DNA from: Octopus vulgaris
Lineage: Eukaryota
Direction of reading: 5' to 3'
Length of the DNA stretch: 64,000 nucleotides
Assembly (NCBI GenBank): GCA_951406725.2
Contig: OX597827.1
Location: forward strand, 33,418,001 to 33,482,000
Below, one piece after another: positions 26,732 through 39,039 of this stretch; within the stretch, counting starts at the first letter, position 1, and each line of letters begins with the position of its first letter. The translations under genes and the position numbers were made by a program. A model generated the notes under the pieces. That model did not search any database, was not told where the DNA came from, and worked only from the letters and a program-made list of their open reading frames with translations.

Positions 26732-26819
26732 GTGCAGCTGAGGATTGGTCTGCATTTAAATTGATGTAATGGTTGCATTGTTCAATTAAATGGAGTTGTG
26801 TGAAACGATCGTACTGTAT
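26732..26819 (+). ncRNA. Type I hammerhead motif with long stem II
   Basis: GTGCAG-CTGAGGA-..-GAAA-CGATCG-TA-CTGTAT. Stem I is GTGCAG/CTGTAT, stem III is the palindrome ACGATCGT, cleavage site GUA. Confidence 0.65.
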
Positions 26820-26934
26820 TACCTCTGGATATCCTTGTTGCTTATTTTGATTATATATATATATAATGTGCTACAAATTAAACTCATAAATTTTATCCAA
26901 CACTGCTTGTGTAAATTAAATTTAATTAAATACA

Positions 26935-27082
26935 GAGGCATGGGTGTGGCTTTGTGGAAAGAAGGTTCTGGGTTCACTCTTACTGCATGGTACCTTGGGC
27001 AGGGGAATTTTACTGCAGTACCAGGCTCAGCAAGGACTTGTGAGCGAATTTGGTTGATGGAAACTGAAAGAAGCCTGTCGGG
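26935..27082 (+). mobile_element. SINE (23001 family), degenerate
   Basis: ggttctgggttcac..ccttgggca..gatggaaactgaaagaagcctgtcg. Confidence 0.65.
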
Positions 27083-27101
27083 CATGTGTGTGTGTGTATA
27101 C

Positions 27102-27156
<55 letters not shown>

Positions 27157-27162
<6 letters not shown>

Positions 27163-27813
27163 GAAACATAAGACCAGGTAATTTAATCTGCAAACATGAC
27201 TCCAATTTCAGATGAATTTAAAGAACAATTATATACATGATACATTAAAAGTATGTAAATACATATACATTTTTTAAAAATCTATAAATATATTAAAAAT
27301 ATATATGTAAGATAATAGATTTTTTAAAAAATCTTTAGATGTAGACATAAGTATATTAAAATGTACATGTATACGTAAATATTTTGAAGAAGGTCTGAAG
27401 TAGTGATGAAAGTGAAATTAAAGATACAAGGAGGAAAGAAATTAAAGGTCAGGATAGTTAAAAATAGGGTACTGACAGCTGTTTCTAGAAATTAATTGCA
27501 AGTAAAAATAAGGGGATATAGTACTCATTATTTAGCAATTCCTCCATCTTCAGGGTAGGAGGTTTTACATTTGCAAATTAACAAGTTATGTATACATGTA
27601 TGTTTTAATATACCTATGTCTACATCTAAAGATTTTTAAAAAATCTATTATCTTACAAATATATTTTTAATATATCTATTTATTTATAGATTTTTAAAAA
27701 ATGTCTATGCATTTATATATTATTAATGTATTATATATATAATTGTTCTTTAAATTCATCTGAAATCGGAGTCATGTTCATGGATTAAATTACCTGGTCT
27801 TACGTTTCTTCAT
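27157..27813. repeat. ~215-bp inverted repeat pair (27157-27373 / 27590-27813) enclosing a hammerhead
   Basis: gaagaaacataagaccaggtaatttaat.. is the reverse complement of ..attaaattacctggtcttacgtttcttc. Confidence 0.85.
27471..27556 (-). ncRNA. Type I hammerhead motif
   Basis: Minus strand: TACC-CTGAAGA-TGGAGGAATTGC..GCAATTAATTTCTA-GAAA-CAGCTG-TC-AGTA. Stem III is the palindrome ACAGCTGT, cleavage site GUC. Confidence 0.65.
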
Positions 27814-27817
27814 ATTA

Positions 27818-29095
27818 TTGAGTTGACAACTAAGTTCCTGCCGTTTTTTTAAATTTTGGAATCTATTTTTTTCAAGAATTCTATTTTTGAATCATTTTGG
27901 AATCTATTTTATTTATTTATTTTTTTTCTAGTTAATTTTAGTTAATTTTTGTTTATTTTCAGATCATTAAAATGGAATGTCAAGTTAAGAAAAATGAGCA
28001 TTTTCAACACCTCCTTCTTTTTGCTTTTAATCAAGGTTCTAAGGCCACAAAAGCTGCTCGCAACATTTGTGCTGTGTATGGAGAGGGTGCAATAGCTGAA
28101 AGAACCACTCATGATTGGTATGCCAAGTTCAAAAATGGAAATTTTGACCTCAAAAACACACCTCATTCTGGCCGTCCAGTTGAGTTCGATGAAGAACAAT
28201 TAAACTAACTTTTGCACGAAAATTCTCATCAAACAACGAGGGAACTGGCAGAGAAAATGGAATGCTCCCACACTGCTATGGAAAAGCATCTTCACTCGAT
28301 GGGAAAGGTTCAAAAGTATGGAGCATGGGTTCTGCATTATTTAAGTGACAACAACAAAAATCAATGAGCCACAATCTCTGCTGGTTTGCTTGCTTGTCAC
28401 CGCTCAACACATGGGCACAAACAACGATTTCTTTACCGAATAATTACTGGTGACAAAAAATAGTGCCTGTACATCAATATGAAGCAGTGTGCTGAATGGC
28501 TTAGCCCCAGTAAACAAGTGACACCATGCGTGAAACAAGATCTTCATCCGCGTAAAACAATGTTGTGCATATGGTGGGAATGGGAAGGGATTATCCATTA
28601 CGAATTACTTGAATGGAACCAAATGGTCAATGCAAAACTCTATGTTCCACGGATGGAATGACTCAACATGGCTGTTCAAGAGAAAAGACCTAATCAGCAT
28701 CATGGAGTTCTTCTGCTGTACGACAACACCCGCCCTCATATCGCCAATATGACCAAGGAAGCCATTCAAATGCATGGTTGGGAAGTGCTGTCACACCCGC
28801 TATACTCTCCTTATTTGGCACCAAAGGATTTCCACCTCTTTTGATCTCTTTCAAATGCTATGCGCAGAGTTTTGTTCGATACTGATACAGAATTGAGAAC
28901 TTGGTTGGATCAATTTTTCGAGTCGAAATCGGGTGATTTCTATAAATGAGGTATTGAAAATCTTGTTGAACATTGGGTAGAAGTTGTAAACAACAAGGGT
29001 GAATACATTATTGATTAATTAGATGTTACTTTTTTAATAAAACTTTTAAAAAAGTAAAATTTTAAAAAAAACCAGGAACTTAGTTGCCAACCCAA
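27818..29095 (+). mobile_element. Full-length mariner transposon (mellifera/capitata-like), inactive
   Basis: TIR TTG(A/G)GTTG(A/G)CAACTAAGTTCCTG at both ends, TA on both flanks, about 1.28 kb. Confidence 0.93.
27972..29018 (+). pseudogene. Mariner DD34D transposase with premature stops
   Basis: MECQVKKNEHF.., WVLHYL, IITGDKK, YDNTRPH, HPLYSPYLAPKDFHLF; several in-frame stops. Confidence 0.92.
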
Positions 29096-29201
29096 TATAT
29101 ATTTTTATCTTTTGTCTCAAGTTCCTCTTCAGCACTTCTTAGTGCAAACCTTAACTTTGTGAGAGAGTTCCTGATTAATCATATTCTTTCTTAAAACAAT
29201 T

Positions 29202-29259
<58 letters not shown>

Positions 29260-30111
29260 AAAATTTAACAAAAACACAACAAATGGAAAGTTTGGCAAAA
29301 ACGTGGCAAACAGAAAATTCATTGTTAATCCCTCATCAGTCAATGTCCAAAAGATCATTACAATTTAATGCCTTTAACATTAATATCGTTCACTTTGGTG
29401 GTGCAAGTGGTGAAAAGACACTGGGAATAGTTAAGGAATGTACACGACAATGACAAAAACAAATACAACAAAATAAAATTTACGTATACACCAAAAAAGT
29501 CGTGCATCCACAAGACAGATAGGTATGGGGTAATGCAAATGAAAATGAAAATGGCTTGGAAGACTGGAGACAAGAGAAGGACGGATAGAAAGTCAGAACG
29601 AAGGAAGAAGTAAATTATCAAGGAGGGAAAGAGAGAGAAAGAAAGAGGATGGAAGGCAAATGAGAAGCAAAGAAAGAGAAAGAGATAGAAATAGACATTG
29701 CTCAAAAAATATTCCAAGAATATTTTACAAATGAGTAAAAAGATCGGGAGTGCGTAGCATTACTGCGTGACAACTGGGGTATGCACTTTCACTGTAGACA
29801 GAAAATGAGAGATCACCCGGATCGGTTTCAATCAACAACTGTCTATCTGCCTTTAACAATCCTAGGTAATGGTGCATATACATGCGCGCATGCATACATA
29901 CATACACACTGAGTTATGTAAGGATTTTATTAAGCTGTATAAAGAGCTTTCCAGTTAATTTAGTTTAGTTTATGCATGTAGTGTTTGCTAAAATCTATAA
30001 TATTCTGTTGTGTATAGCAAAAATCGAACACTGCTAATGCATCAGTAATTTATTAATTGAACAAGGAACCAGACTGTTTTATTAGTGAAAATCATTTCAT
30101 CTAATTTGATG

Positions 30112-30144
<33 letters not shown>

Positions 30145-30159
30145 GTAATAATAATAATT

Positions 30160-31280
30160 GACTGGATGGAATAAAATCTAAGCTGTTAATACATGAGTGA
30201 TAGCATCATTTCGGTATGTAGCTGGAATCATAAACTGGCAAAAGAAAGAACTGATGAACAAGGATATGAAGACAAGAAAAATATTGAAAGTGCACGTGGC
30301 CTTCTACTCTAAGAGTGACACCAATAGGCTCTACTTGTCCAGAAGAATAGGTGAGAGGGGTTTGATCAGTTGTCATAATTGTATCAAAGCAGAGGAAAAC
30401 AGTTTAGGGTGGTATGCAAAAAATACCGTTCAACCATTGTTGAAACATGTAAAGAAGTCTGGCATCATCAAAATTCATAATTGCATGAAGAAAGAAAAAC
30501 TTAAAGAGGAAAAGAACACAAAAAAGAAGCTGTATAGAAGTAGAAAAATGTACGGTCAGTTTGCAAGAGATATGAACACTAAGACAGATACAGAAGACCG
30601 GTGACTATGGATGAGGAGGAGTGACCTGAAGATAGAGACAGAAGCACTCATATGCGCAGCTCAGGAACAACTGTTAAGGACTAACTATGTGAAGTGCAGA
30701 ATTGATAACACTGCCAAGCATGACAAATGCAGAATGTGTGGTGAGAGAGGTGAAACAGTATAGCACATCATTAATGAATGCCCAAAATTGGCACAACGCA
30801 AATAAAAAAGATGTTATGGCAATGCGACAAGAATGATCTATTCGGAGCTCAGTGGAAATCACAGCCTACAAAGAGCAAAGACATGGTATGAGCAAAACCC
30901 AGAATGAATCACCGAGAATGAAAATTGTGAAATCCTGTGGGATGCAATGATTCAGTATGATCACCTGAACAGACATTGGAAACCAGACATTGTTGTGGTG
31001 AATAAAAAAGAGAGAAATTACATGATAATCAACACAGTATGTCCCAGTGACAACAGGAGCAACAAAAAAGAAAAACTGAACAACTACGTCGATTTAAAGT
31101 GAGAAATATGAAGGTTATGGTCAATGAGGAGAGTAGACGTGATCCCAATAGTAATCAGCATACTTGGAAATATCAACTCAACTACTAATATGGCTTAAAA
31201 AAGTTGGTACAAATGTAAAGATAGAACACCTACAAAAATCAGCATTGTTTGGAACTGCAAGAACTCTTTGCAGGATTCTA
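30160..31280 (+). mobile_element. R4/Dong-like LINE 3' fragment
   Basis: FRYVAGIINW, RLYLSR..GL, ETEALICAAQEQ, CRMCG, KPDIVV and LQKSALFGTAR; preceded by (TAA)n at 30113-30158. Confidence 0.85.
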
Positions 31281-32290
31281 TGGGAAGCTGGGTGACGAAC
31301 AACAGTCTGGTGTGATGAAGAAATACAGTTAGTATGAAGTTGGAAGACAAACTACAGTCAGTGGGAATCTGGGCAATGAAGAACTACATTATACAAGACA
31401 TCCAGCCATGTACGACTATCTTTCTCTCTGGGAAAGTTGGTTTGCTGGGCTGGTCCACAGTTTCTCAGCTGCTGACTTGGCTATTGGAGCTGTGTTGGTG
31501 TCAGGAGATGTTTTGCAACAAAAGTTTCTCCTGGAAATTTCAGGTAGTTGTCGATGAAATTTCAATAAAAACTGAAACTGCTCTCCTCTTTTTTTTTTTT
31601 TTTTTGGCCACAATGAAATAGTATAAAAAGGCTGTCATTTATGACTATCTAATATATTTTAATTGGATTTGATTTAAAAACATTGTGTTAGCTGAAATCT
31701 ACAGGTTTAATCTTTCGTATATTGTACTTTTGGATAAGTTTCGTAAATTTTATCCAACAACTGTTTTTCCAGCAATGGCTGATCCCTTCTGCCAAAGTTA
31801 TTTAGTTGGTGTTTAGGCAATCCATTGAACTGGTTTAGAAAACATGGCATGATGTCTCTGCAGATGAAAATTCATATAACTAACCAAAGACATCAGGTAG
31901 AAGTAAATGCTGGTTTGGGTTGGACTGGATCAAAATTACCGATTTTTTATACTTAAAGTTGTTCTGCTAGTGATCCTGTAACATAATGTCATTGTATGTT
32001 TTATTTGTGCCAAGAAAAGTAGAAAGTTGTGATGCACAAGTGATTTAAAAGCATCTCGAAGCTCAAATATCCTAGAAACTCACAGCATAAATAATTCATC
32101 ATGTGATGAACAATGTCAAGATTAACAGGTCCTTTCCTTGATGATGGTGAAGAGTTATCCATTCTTCAACACACACACACAAGCACACACACACACGCAC
32201 ATACATACACACACACATATATATAATAAATGTAACCACATATGGGCCATTCGCAGTTTTCTTTCTTCTTCTTTGGACTTTTCCTTTTCT

Positions 32291-32326
32291 CCTTTCTGAT
32301 GAAGAACTATGCTCGAAACATTAAAA
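32291..32326 (+). ncRNA. Degenerate minimal hammerhead motif
   Basis: TTT-CTGATGA-AGAAC-TAT-GCTC-GAAA-CAT-TA-AAA; stems are weak or mutated. Confidence 0.5.
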
Positions 32327-32454
32327 ACTCTCTCCTTTCACTAAATGTCAAACTAATATATAATTCTTGTGCACCTTCGTTTTTTTTTCTGTTTTTGTTT
32401 TTTATTAATTTTTTTTAATTGTTTGTTCATTGAATTGACTATATATATATATAT

Positions 32455-33476
32455 GGTTCTGCTAATCGGCCAATAGCTAATTAGCAAAGCTGACTTTTCA
32501 TTTAGCAGATTAGTGTTTTCGCTAACTTTGGAAACCGTTAGCAGACAAATTAGCTTCCGCTAAATTTACTTCCAATAACTTTAAGTCCGCTAACAAAATT
32601 CATTCATTTGTACTTGTCTACTGTTGGCATGTCTTGAAGAGTCCATCAGGCGTGCTATTGGCTGACTATGTGTACACATGACAAGATGTGATTGGCCGAT
32701 GCGGCAGCAGTTAACTGAGCCGCATTGTGTAATTCTGCAGTTTTGAGTTGTGTTCACTTATGATGTTGTCACATTACAGACAGTCTTACAGTATCAGCGA
32801 CAAAAGTGTACATTATTGGCTCATCAAGTTATCGCTTATTGTTATGGAAGGTGAAGACGTTTTGTTCGGCCTGAGGATGAAGGGCCTGTTGAGGAGTCTG
32901 CAACGGCTGTGGGTGAGGCAGAGGCCACTCAGAATGAGAGCCAGGTGTTTCAAAACCCATGGCCCCACATGGAGCACTACTTTGTCCTTATGTCAAAGGA
33001 TAAGAGGAACGCCAAAATCCTGTACTTCTAGTACATCATGTGCCAGCCCCAGGAGATCACCATCAAGAGACAAGCGATGAGCCTCTACAACTTGAAGTCG
33101 CATGTCAAGAGGAAACACCCAGTGCATGCCATCCAGTTTGAGGAGAGGATCGAGGCCAGATCTTCCCTTGGGAACCAATCTTCTGGTAGCAGTGTCAGTA
33201 GCTACTCGTCACAGCCATATGCAAAGAAAGCATACCAGACCAGCATTAGTCAGGTGTTTGCCCAAACTGCTTGCACTAGCGCCTGTCAGTCTATGGTGGA
33301 CAGAAGAATTGTAGATCTGTTTGTCAACAACATGCTACCGCTGCATGTAGTGGAGTCCTCCACATTGGTTGGCCTGATCAAGATGCTGAACCTCAGCAAG
33401 ATGTTGATGTCCTGTCGCACTTTGTGTAGGATAATCTTGGCCAGCCATACACAGTTGGAGAAGTATCTTACAAGGT
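32455..33476 (+). mobile_element. Tol2-like hAT transposon 5' portion (BED finger and N-terminal transposase), truncated by a LINE
   Basis: Subterminal GCTAA/TTAGC repeats at 32460-32595; PWPHMEHYF..C..NLKSHVKRKHP; DLFVNNMLPLHVVE. Confidence 0.75.
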
Positions 33477-33479
33477 ATT

Positions 33480-34100
33480 TATAAATCAAAACTGTACCTA
33501 GGGTACCCACAATAACAGGAACAGTTATCACTTTAAGATGCCACTTCTTTTATATTTCAATTTCCAGGTCCTTATATTTACTTAATTTGTCAAATTCCTT
33601 TACAGATATATTTTTATCAGTGGGAATACTTACATCTATTAGTCTACTAGTATTTTCTTCTCTGTCTTTAACAGCTATGTCTAGTCAATTAGCCTAAATC
33701 ATTCTGCCGATGTTGACTGGAAAATCCCAGAGGATAGTGACATTTTTACCTTCAACGACTGGCTTAGGATGATGTTCATACCGCTAAGCAGAAGTGGTAA
33801 TTTTGTAGTGTTTAATATTTTCCAATGTAGATACTACCCTATCTTGGCAATTTTTGTATTCATTTGGTGTCAGCACAGGACATCTTGAGGTGAGATGGTC
33901 TATTGTTTCATCAAATGTATTGCAGAATCTGCATTTTGGATTGAAACTGTTTTGAAGAACGTTAACCTGGTAGTTTTTGGTAAGAAAGTTTTGATCTTGC
34001 GCTGCCAATAAGAAACCATCAGTCTCTGCTTCTCAACCATTGATGGGTTGTTACTTGGTCTACATCAGCATTTTGGCTTTGAAGTATATATTGTCCATGC
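33480..34100 (-). mobile_element. R4/Dong-like fragment
   Basis: AAQDQ..TKNY, CRFC..ETIDHL..CPVL, VPVIVGTLG. Confidence 0.8.
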
Positions 34101-34980
34101 ATTATTATTATTATTATTATTATTCCTTTGTAACACACTGTAGGTAAAAATGCACCAGAGTCTTTAGTCATCACAAGGACCTCAGACAGATAATACTTTC
34201 CTTAAGAATGTGGGCTGTGCCCAATAAGGCTGCTTTTTGCAAGACATCAATCTTGCATGGGATTTCCAGTTGCCTTAAGAAGTCTTGAAATTTCAATGGG
34301 ATTGAGCCCAATGCTCCAATCACCACTGGTATCACTTTTACATTACCCTCTCGCATTCCATACAGTCTTGCCATTTCCACTTTCAATTCGGAGTACTTGG
34401 TGATTTTTTCAACCTCTTTACTCACAACATTCATGTCATTTGGTATGGCTACATCAATGATCTGACAGTATTTGTCTCTCTTACTCAATATGACAATATC
34501 CAGCCAATGTTGTTCGATTACCCAATCTGTCTGAAAATCATAGTAAGAGAGTATCATTACTTTTCCATCCTCCTGCATAACTTTACTTGGTACGTGCTCA
34601 TACCAGTTTTCTGTTACTTCATATTGGTATTTACAGCATAAGAGCCAATGAAGATACACACACACTTTATCATGGTGGCACTTGTATTCTTTTTGTGCAA
34701 GGCTCTCACATTCACTTATGAAGTGGGTCACATTTTCCACAGAGTCTGCTTTTCTGGGTCAGAAGTTTTATAGATGAATTGGTTGCGAGAGCCTGGTCTT
34801 GTGCAGCAATGATCAGGCTTTCGGTGGTACACTTCAAATCACCTCACTCAAGCCATGCCCACAATGCTGTATTATCCTTAATGCCCTGTATATTCCTTTC
34901 AAACTGTCTATGTATTCTCATTTCAAACTGTCCATACATTCTCATTTCAAGCTGTCCATGCATTCTCATGCCACCTAGTT
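34101..34980 (-). mobile_element. R4/Dong-like fragment with (TAA)n tail
   Basis: ORF 34171-34740 has HFISECESLAQKEYK.HDKV, LDIVI, IIDVAIP, PVVIGALG and LQKAALLGTAHIL; (TTA)n at 34101-34124. Confidence 0.85.
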
Positions 34981-35887
34981 TTTGTGTGTTTCAGAGGATT
35001 CTACTCCAAGAGAAAAAATAAAAAATAAAAAAGAGAAAAAAATTTGTTTTAATTGAATTTAGTACTTTAGGATTTTAAGTACTGAGGCCAGTTTGTTCAA
35101 CTAAACCCCTTATGGTCGCATCGAATAACTGAAACAAAAGATAAAAAATAAATTCTATAATAGACTGTAAAATTCTGAGTTCAAAACCCGCCAGAAAGAA
35201 GTCCAAATCCTGCCAAGGGATTTCTGGAGTTGATTAGAAAGTACCAACTTGTAAGAACGATGGATCGGGTTGGATGCCTCGTTGTATCTATTCTGGTTCT
35301 TTGTTCTGAGTTCAAATCCAATCATGGTCTCCTTAGGTGGTAGCCTTTAATCCATCATGCTGTTTAACCTAGTCCTTGTGTGCCTTTAGTGGAGTTCACC
35401 TCTTACAAATATTCAGACCAGGTCTCTAGTTTGAACACACCTTCCTCATGCCGATTTCCAAACCCATGTAAAAGGTCGTGGACTCCTTCTTTTTCCCCCT
35501 GATTTTTAAAAATCTTTGTTGATTAAAAGTAAAATTGATTGAAGTTTTTTTTTTTTTTAAATTTAAAATTTGAACTTGAGAAAAACTTTGATGCAAGTTG
35601 GAAACGATTTGTCAATTCGAATAGAAATGAATCTTCTCAATTACAAATTGAATTGAAATCAATTTGAAAACAAAAATATTGAAATTTTCAACTTCGAATT
35701 CATTTTTTAAAAAATGTTCAGAAATTATATCTCTATTTTAGTTAACAATCACCATGTCTAAAATTTTTGTTTGTGGAAGCAATTCCTTTTAATCAGTCCT
35801 CTATTTCATCATCTGAAAAACTGGAAAATAATCCACCCAAATAAATGAATTAAAAAGAAAAATCAGAATGGAGACTTTTAAAAAATG

Positions 35888-36135
35888 GGCATTCTTTCGA
35901 TATAACTCGACAAAATCAAAACATTTCATTTCGGGTATTTCCGTGGAAGCAAATGATAGTTCGATTCTGTTTTCTGCTTGGAAATTTGCGGTTTTTACAT
36001 ACACACATGAAACAGGTAAGAACAAATATGCAAGGCTTTTTTTCTTCAAGTTTAAAATGAGACATTGCTGGCATAATTTCGTTATTACCTGAAGTGAAAT
36101 GTTTTGATTTTGTCGAGTTATATCGAAGGAATGCC
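35888..36135. mobile_element. 248-bp MITE with GG..CC ends and 8-bp TSD (Merlin-like)
   Basis: About 50-bp TIR GGCATTC(T/C)TTCGATATAACTCGACAAAATCAAAACATTTCA; exact TSD AAAAAATG at 35880-35887 and 36136-36143. Confidence 0.85.
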
Positions 36136-36454
36136 AAAAAATGTAATCAATATGTTATATTTTTATGAAGAGTTGTACTGATAGTAATTTCAGACTTAAC
36201 ACATGTAGGTGTTTATGTTGTTTAGCACCAGGTTAGCCATGATCCAGTAGATTTGCCCGTTGATCAAAGAGATTACAACAGTGTGTGTCTCCCCCCCCCC
36301 CCCCCCAGCAGTGTGCCCTTTCATTTTAAAAACAGAGAGATGTAATTTGAGGTTAAATGTGGCTGATATTTTAGCAAAGCTAATGATTGCATAAGATTCT
36401 CGCTCTTTGTCACATTTGTCATCGTTAAATAATTATAATAATAATGATGATGCT

Positions 36455-36575
36455 TTCAAATTTTGCCAGAAGGGCAGCCATTTGGGTGGCAGGTGAGTCG
36501 ATTACATCGACCAAGTGTTTCACCGGTACTTAATTTATCGATCTCGAAAAGGTGAAAGGCAAAGTCGACCTCGAA
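36455..36575 (-). mobile_element. SINE fragment (57922 family)
   Basis: gtcgattacatcgacc..ggtacttaatttatcgat..gaaaggcaaagtcgacc. Confidence 0.6.
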
Positions 36576-37344
36576 ATAAGCTATACACGAAGGTAGAAAG
36601 AGAGTGTGTGTGTGTACGCACGAAGGATGTTTTACATACATACATATATGTATGCGCGCATGCATGCATCCACTAACAAAAGGTGGGCCGGAGTGAAAAA
36701 AAATATCCCGCAACGTTGCGGTCGCGGAATAATATTTCAAACGGAACTCCGGATACACTTACACCGATTCTATATGATTTATTTATTTTTATATCTACTG
36801 ATTTATTGTTTGTTTTGTGTGTTTGACAAGTGGGTTTTAAAGTAATGTCTTATAGACAACCTAACGTGTTGTTGGTGAGGGGGTCAGTGTTGAAGGCTAG
36901 GAAGGGATTGCCTAAATATTGCAATTATTATAACAAGGATCTCCAAACAAACAAATAAGTCAGAATCAACTGATTAATTATAGGTACAGCTATTGGCTTG
37001 TCTTTAAGGTATAGTATTATATACATATATATAGAGAGAGGGAGAGAATGTGTGTTTGTGTGCATAAGAATTATCTCCTGTCGAAATATGAAATATATAT
37101 TGCTTGTATAAAATAGGGAATGTATTCATGCAGAATTGTGTATATATTTATATTTGTAACCATGCTTTTGTGACTTAGTTATGATTTAAGATGTATATCT
37201 AATGAATATGTGTGTGTGCATAAAATGCCTACTCTGTGTGTGTCTATATCCGCACGCTATTAGTATATATTATTTAAGTTATAGTGTATATTTATATATA
37301 CAGTACAAATATACTATACATATACACATGTGTGTGTGTGCCTG

Positions 37345-37380
<36 letters not shown>

Positions 37381-37486
37381 TGAAGTAAGTACATAAATGC
37401 AATACATGGTGGAAAAAATAGTACTCGAATACCAGAGGTAGAGTAATATGCTTTATTGAAAAGCAGCAAAAAATATATCACAAAAA

Positions 37487-37524
37487 TTGTTACTCAGAGT
37501 TTCACGTTCTCGTTCGTCGGACAG
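37487..37524 (-). ncRNA. Minimal hammerhead motif with variant core
   Basis: Minus strand: TGT-CCGACGA-ACG-AGAA-CGT-GAAA-CTCTGAG-TA-ACA. Stems I, II and III all pair; the core carries a U4->C change. Confidence 0.6.
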
Positions 37525-37834
37525 TTTTGTTTATATATATGTGTGTGTGTGTGTATACATCTATGCAGAAATAAGTTTCTAGTGTGTGTACTATGGAATG
37601 CATGTATTTGTGTTTATATGCGTGTAAGGATAGATGAATTTGTGAGTAAATGGATTTGATTTTATGTATATTTAATGTGTATAATTTGTGCTCAGCGAAT
37701 GTGATTGTAGCATGCATATGATATCTATGCATAGAGTGATTTGTATGATATTACGTGAAGGAACGAAAATATAAATGCTACTACACTCTATAATAGTCTG
37801 AGACTTCGTACCTAATTAAATAATAATCATTCGG

Positions 37835-38125
37835 AGTATAAGCACAAGGCCTGAAATTTTGTGGAGAGGGCTAGTCCATTACATCGACCTCAGTGCTCAA
37901 CTGGTTAATAATAGTAATAATAATAATTTCTGATTTAGGCAAAAGGGTGCAGTTTTTAGCGGGGAGGCTTTAGTCGATAACTTTGATGCCAGTACTTGTC
38001 TAGTATGTATTTTATCGACCCCTGAGCGATGAAAAAGTGATAGTTAACTTCAACGAGATTTGAACCCAGAATGTAAAGAACTGGAAGAAATACCGCCCAG
38101 CTCTCTAACGGTTTGGCCAATCCAC
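37835..38125 (-). mobile_element. Two tandem SINE fragments (57922 family)
   Basis: gcacaaggcctgaaattttg.. and gatttgaacccagaatgtaaag.. Confidence 0.6.
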
Positions 38126-38492
38126 GTAGTAATAATAACAATAACAACTATCATTACTTAATTGCTGCAAACGCAACGGACAACCAGCATGAGACAAAGC
38201 AAATATTGTTTTCATTTGATATAATTTCTAGTAAATTTCAAAATGTAGAAATAAGAATGCACACACATACATATTTACCAAGGTGAACTAAGTCCACAAC
38301 GACCAGATTTCGATTCCTGTTAAAGCAAACTATTTTTTCTCTCTACCTATGATATCTATAAATTTTACCTTCTATTGAAGGTTTATATGTAACGGCGGAT
38401 TGGCAGTTTTAAGAGAACATCGGACAAAATGCATTGCAATATTATTTACATTCTTTGCGAGGTCTGAGTTCAAATCCTACCGTGGTTAACTC

Positions 38493-38527
<35 letters not shown>

Positions 38528-39039
38528 GTACGCACATATAGCTTATATATCTAACATATATACTGTAGTCACAAGTGTATATATATATGTGTGTGTGTGT
38601 GTGTATATATATATATGTGTGTGTGTATGTGTTGGTTCTTCCTTGTTTCTTGGTAAAAAAAAAATATTCATGCTCCTTCATTAATGTTGGCACTTCTGAT
38701 GGTGGTAAAACCAATTTTCGAATGGAACAATTGGTCCACGGATGTCACATCTGATGGTCAGCAGATGCTTTGGTTGGAATTGGCAGGTCTTTTTGCTGTG
38801 GCCATTTATCCGTTATGTTTCTTTGAGGATGTTTTTCAAAATGTCCTATACAGATCTTGATGATGTCACATCATGTTGTTCTCTCTTCTGTGAGCTGCTG
38901 CCAAGCTTTATGGTTAGTGTTGATGCTCTAAATTATCTCTTTCAGTTGATCTTTGTAATGTCACATGGGGAAGCCATGTGGTTTCTTGCCGGTGCTAAGT
39001 TCACTGTAGATGATTCAGCTTGGCAGTCTGCTACTATTC

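Noticed and set aside
29325-29875. Partial hammerhead remnants on the minus strand (CTGATGA near 29335; GAAACCGATC-CGGGTGAT near 29820)
   Set aside because: Each has only half of the core, too decayed to call.
31620-32100. Possible hAT transposase relic on the minus strand (RIFELRD.., MNFHLQ..LWQK)
   Set aside because: Too fragmentary to support without a database search.
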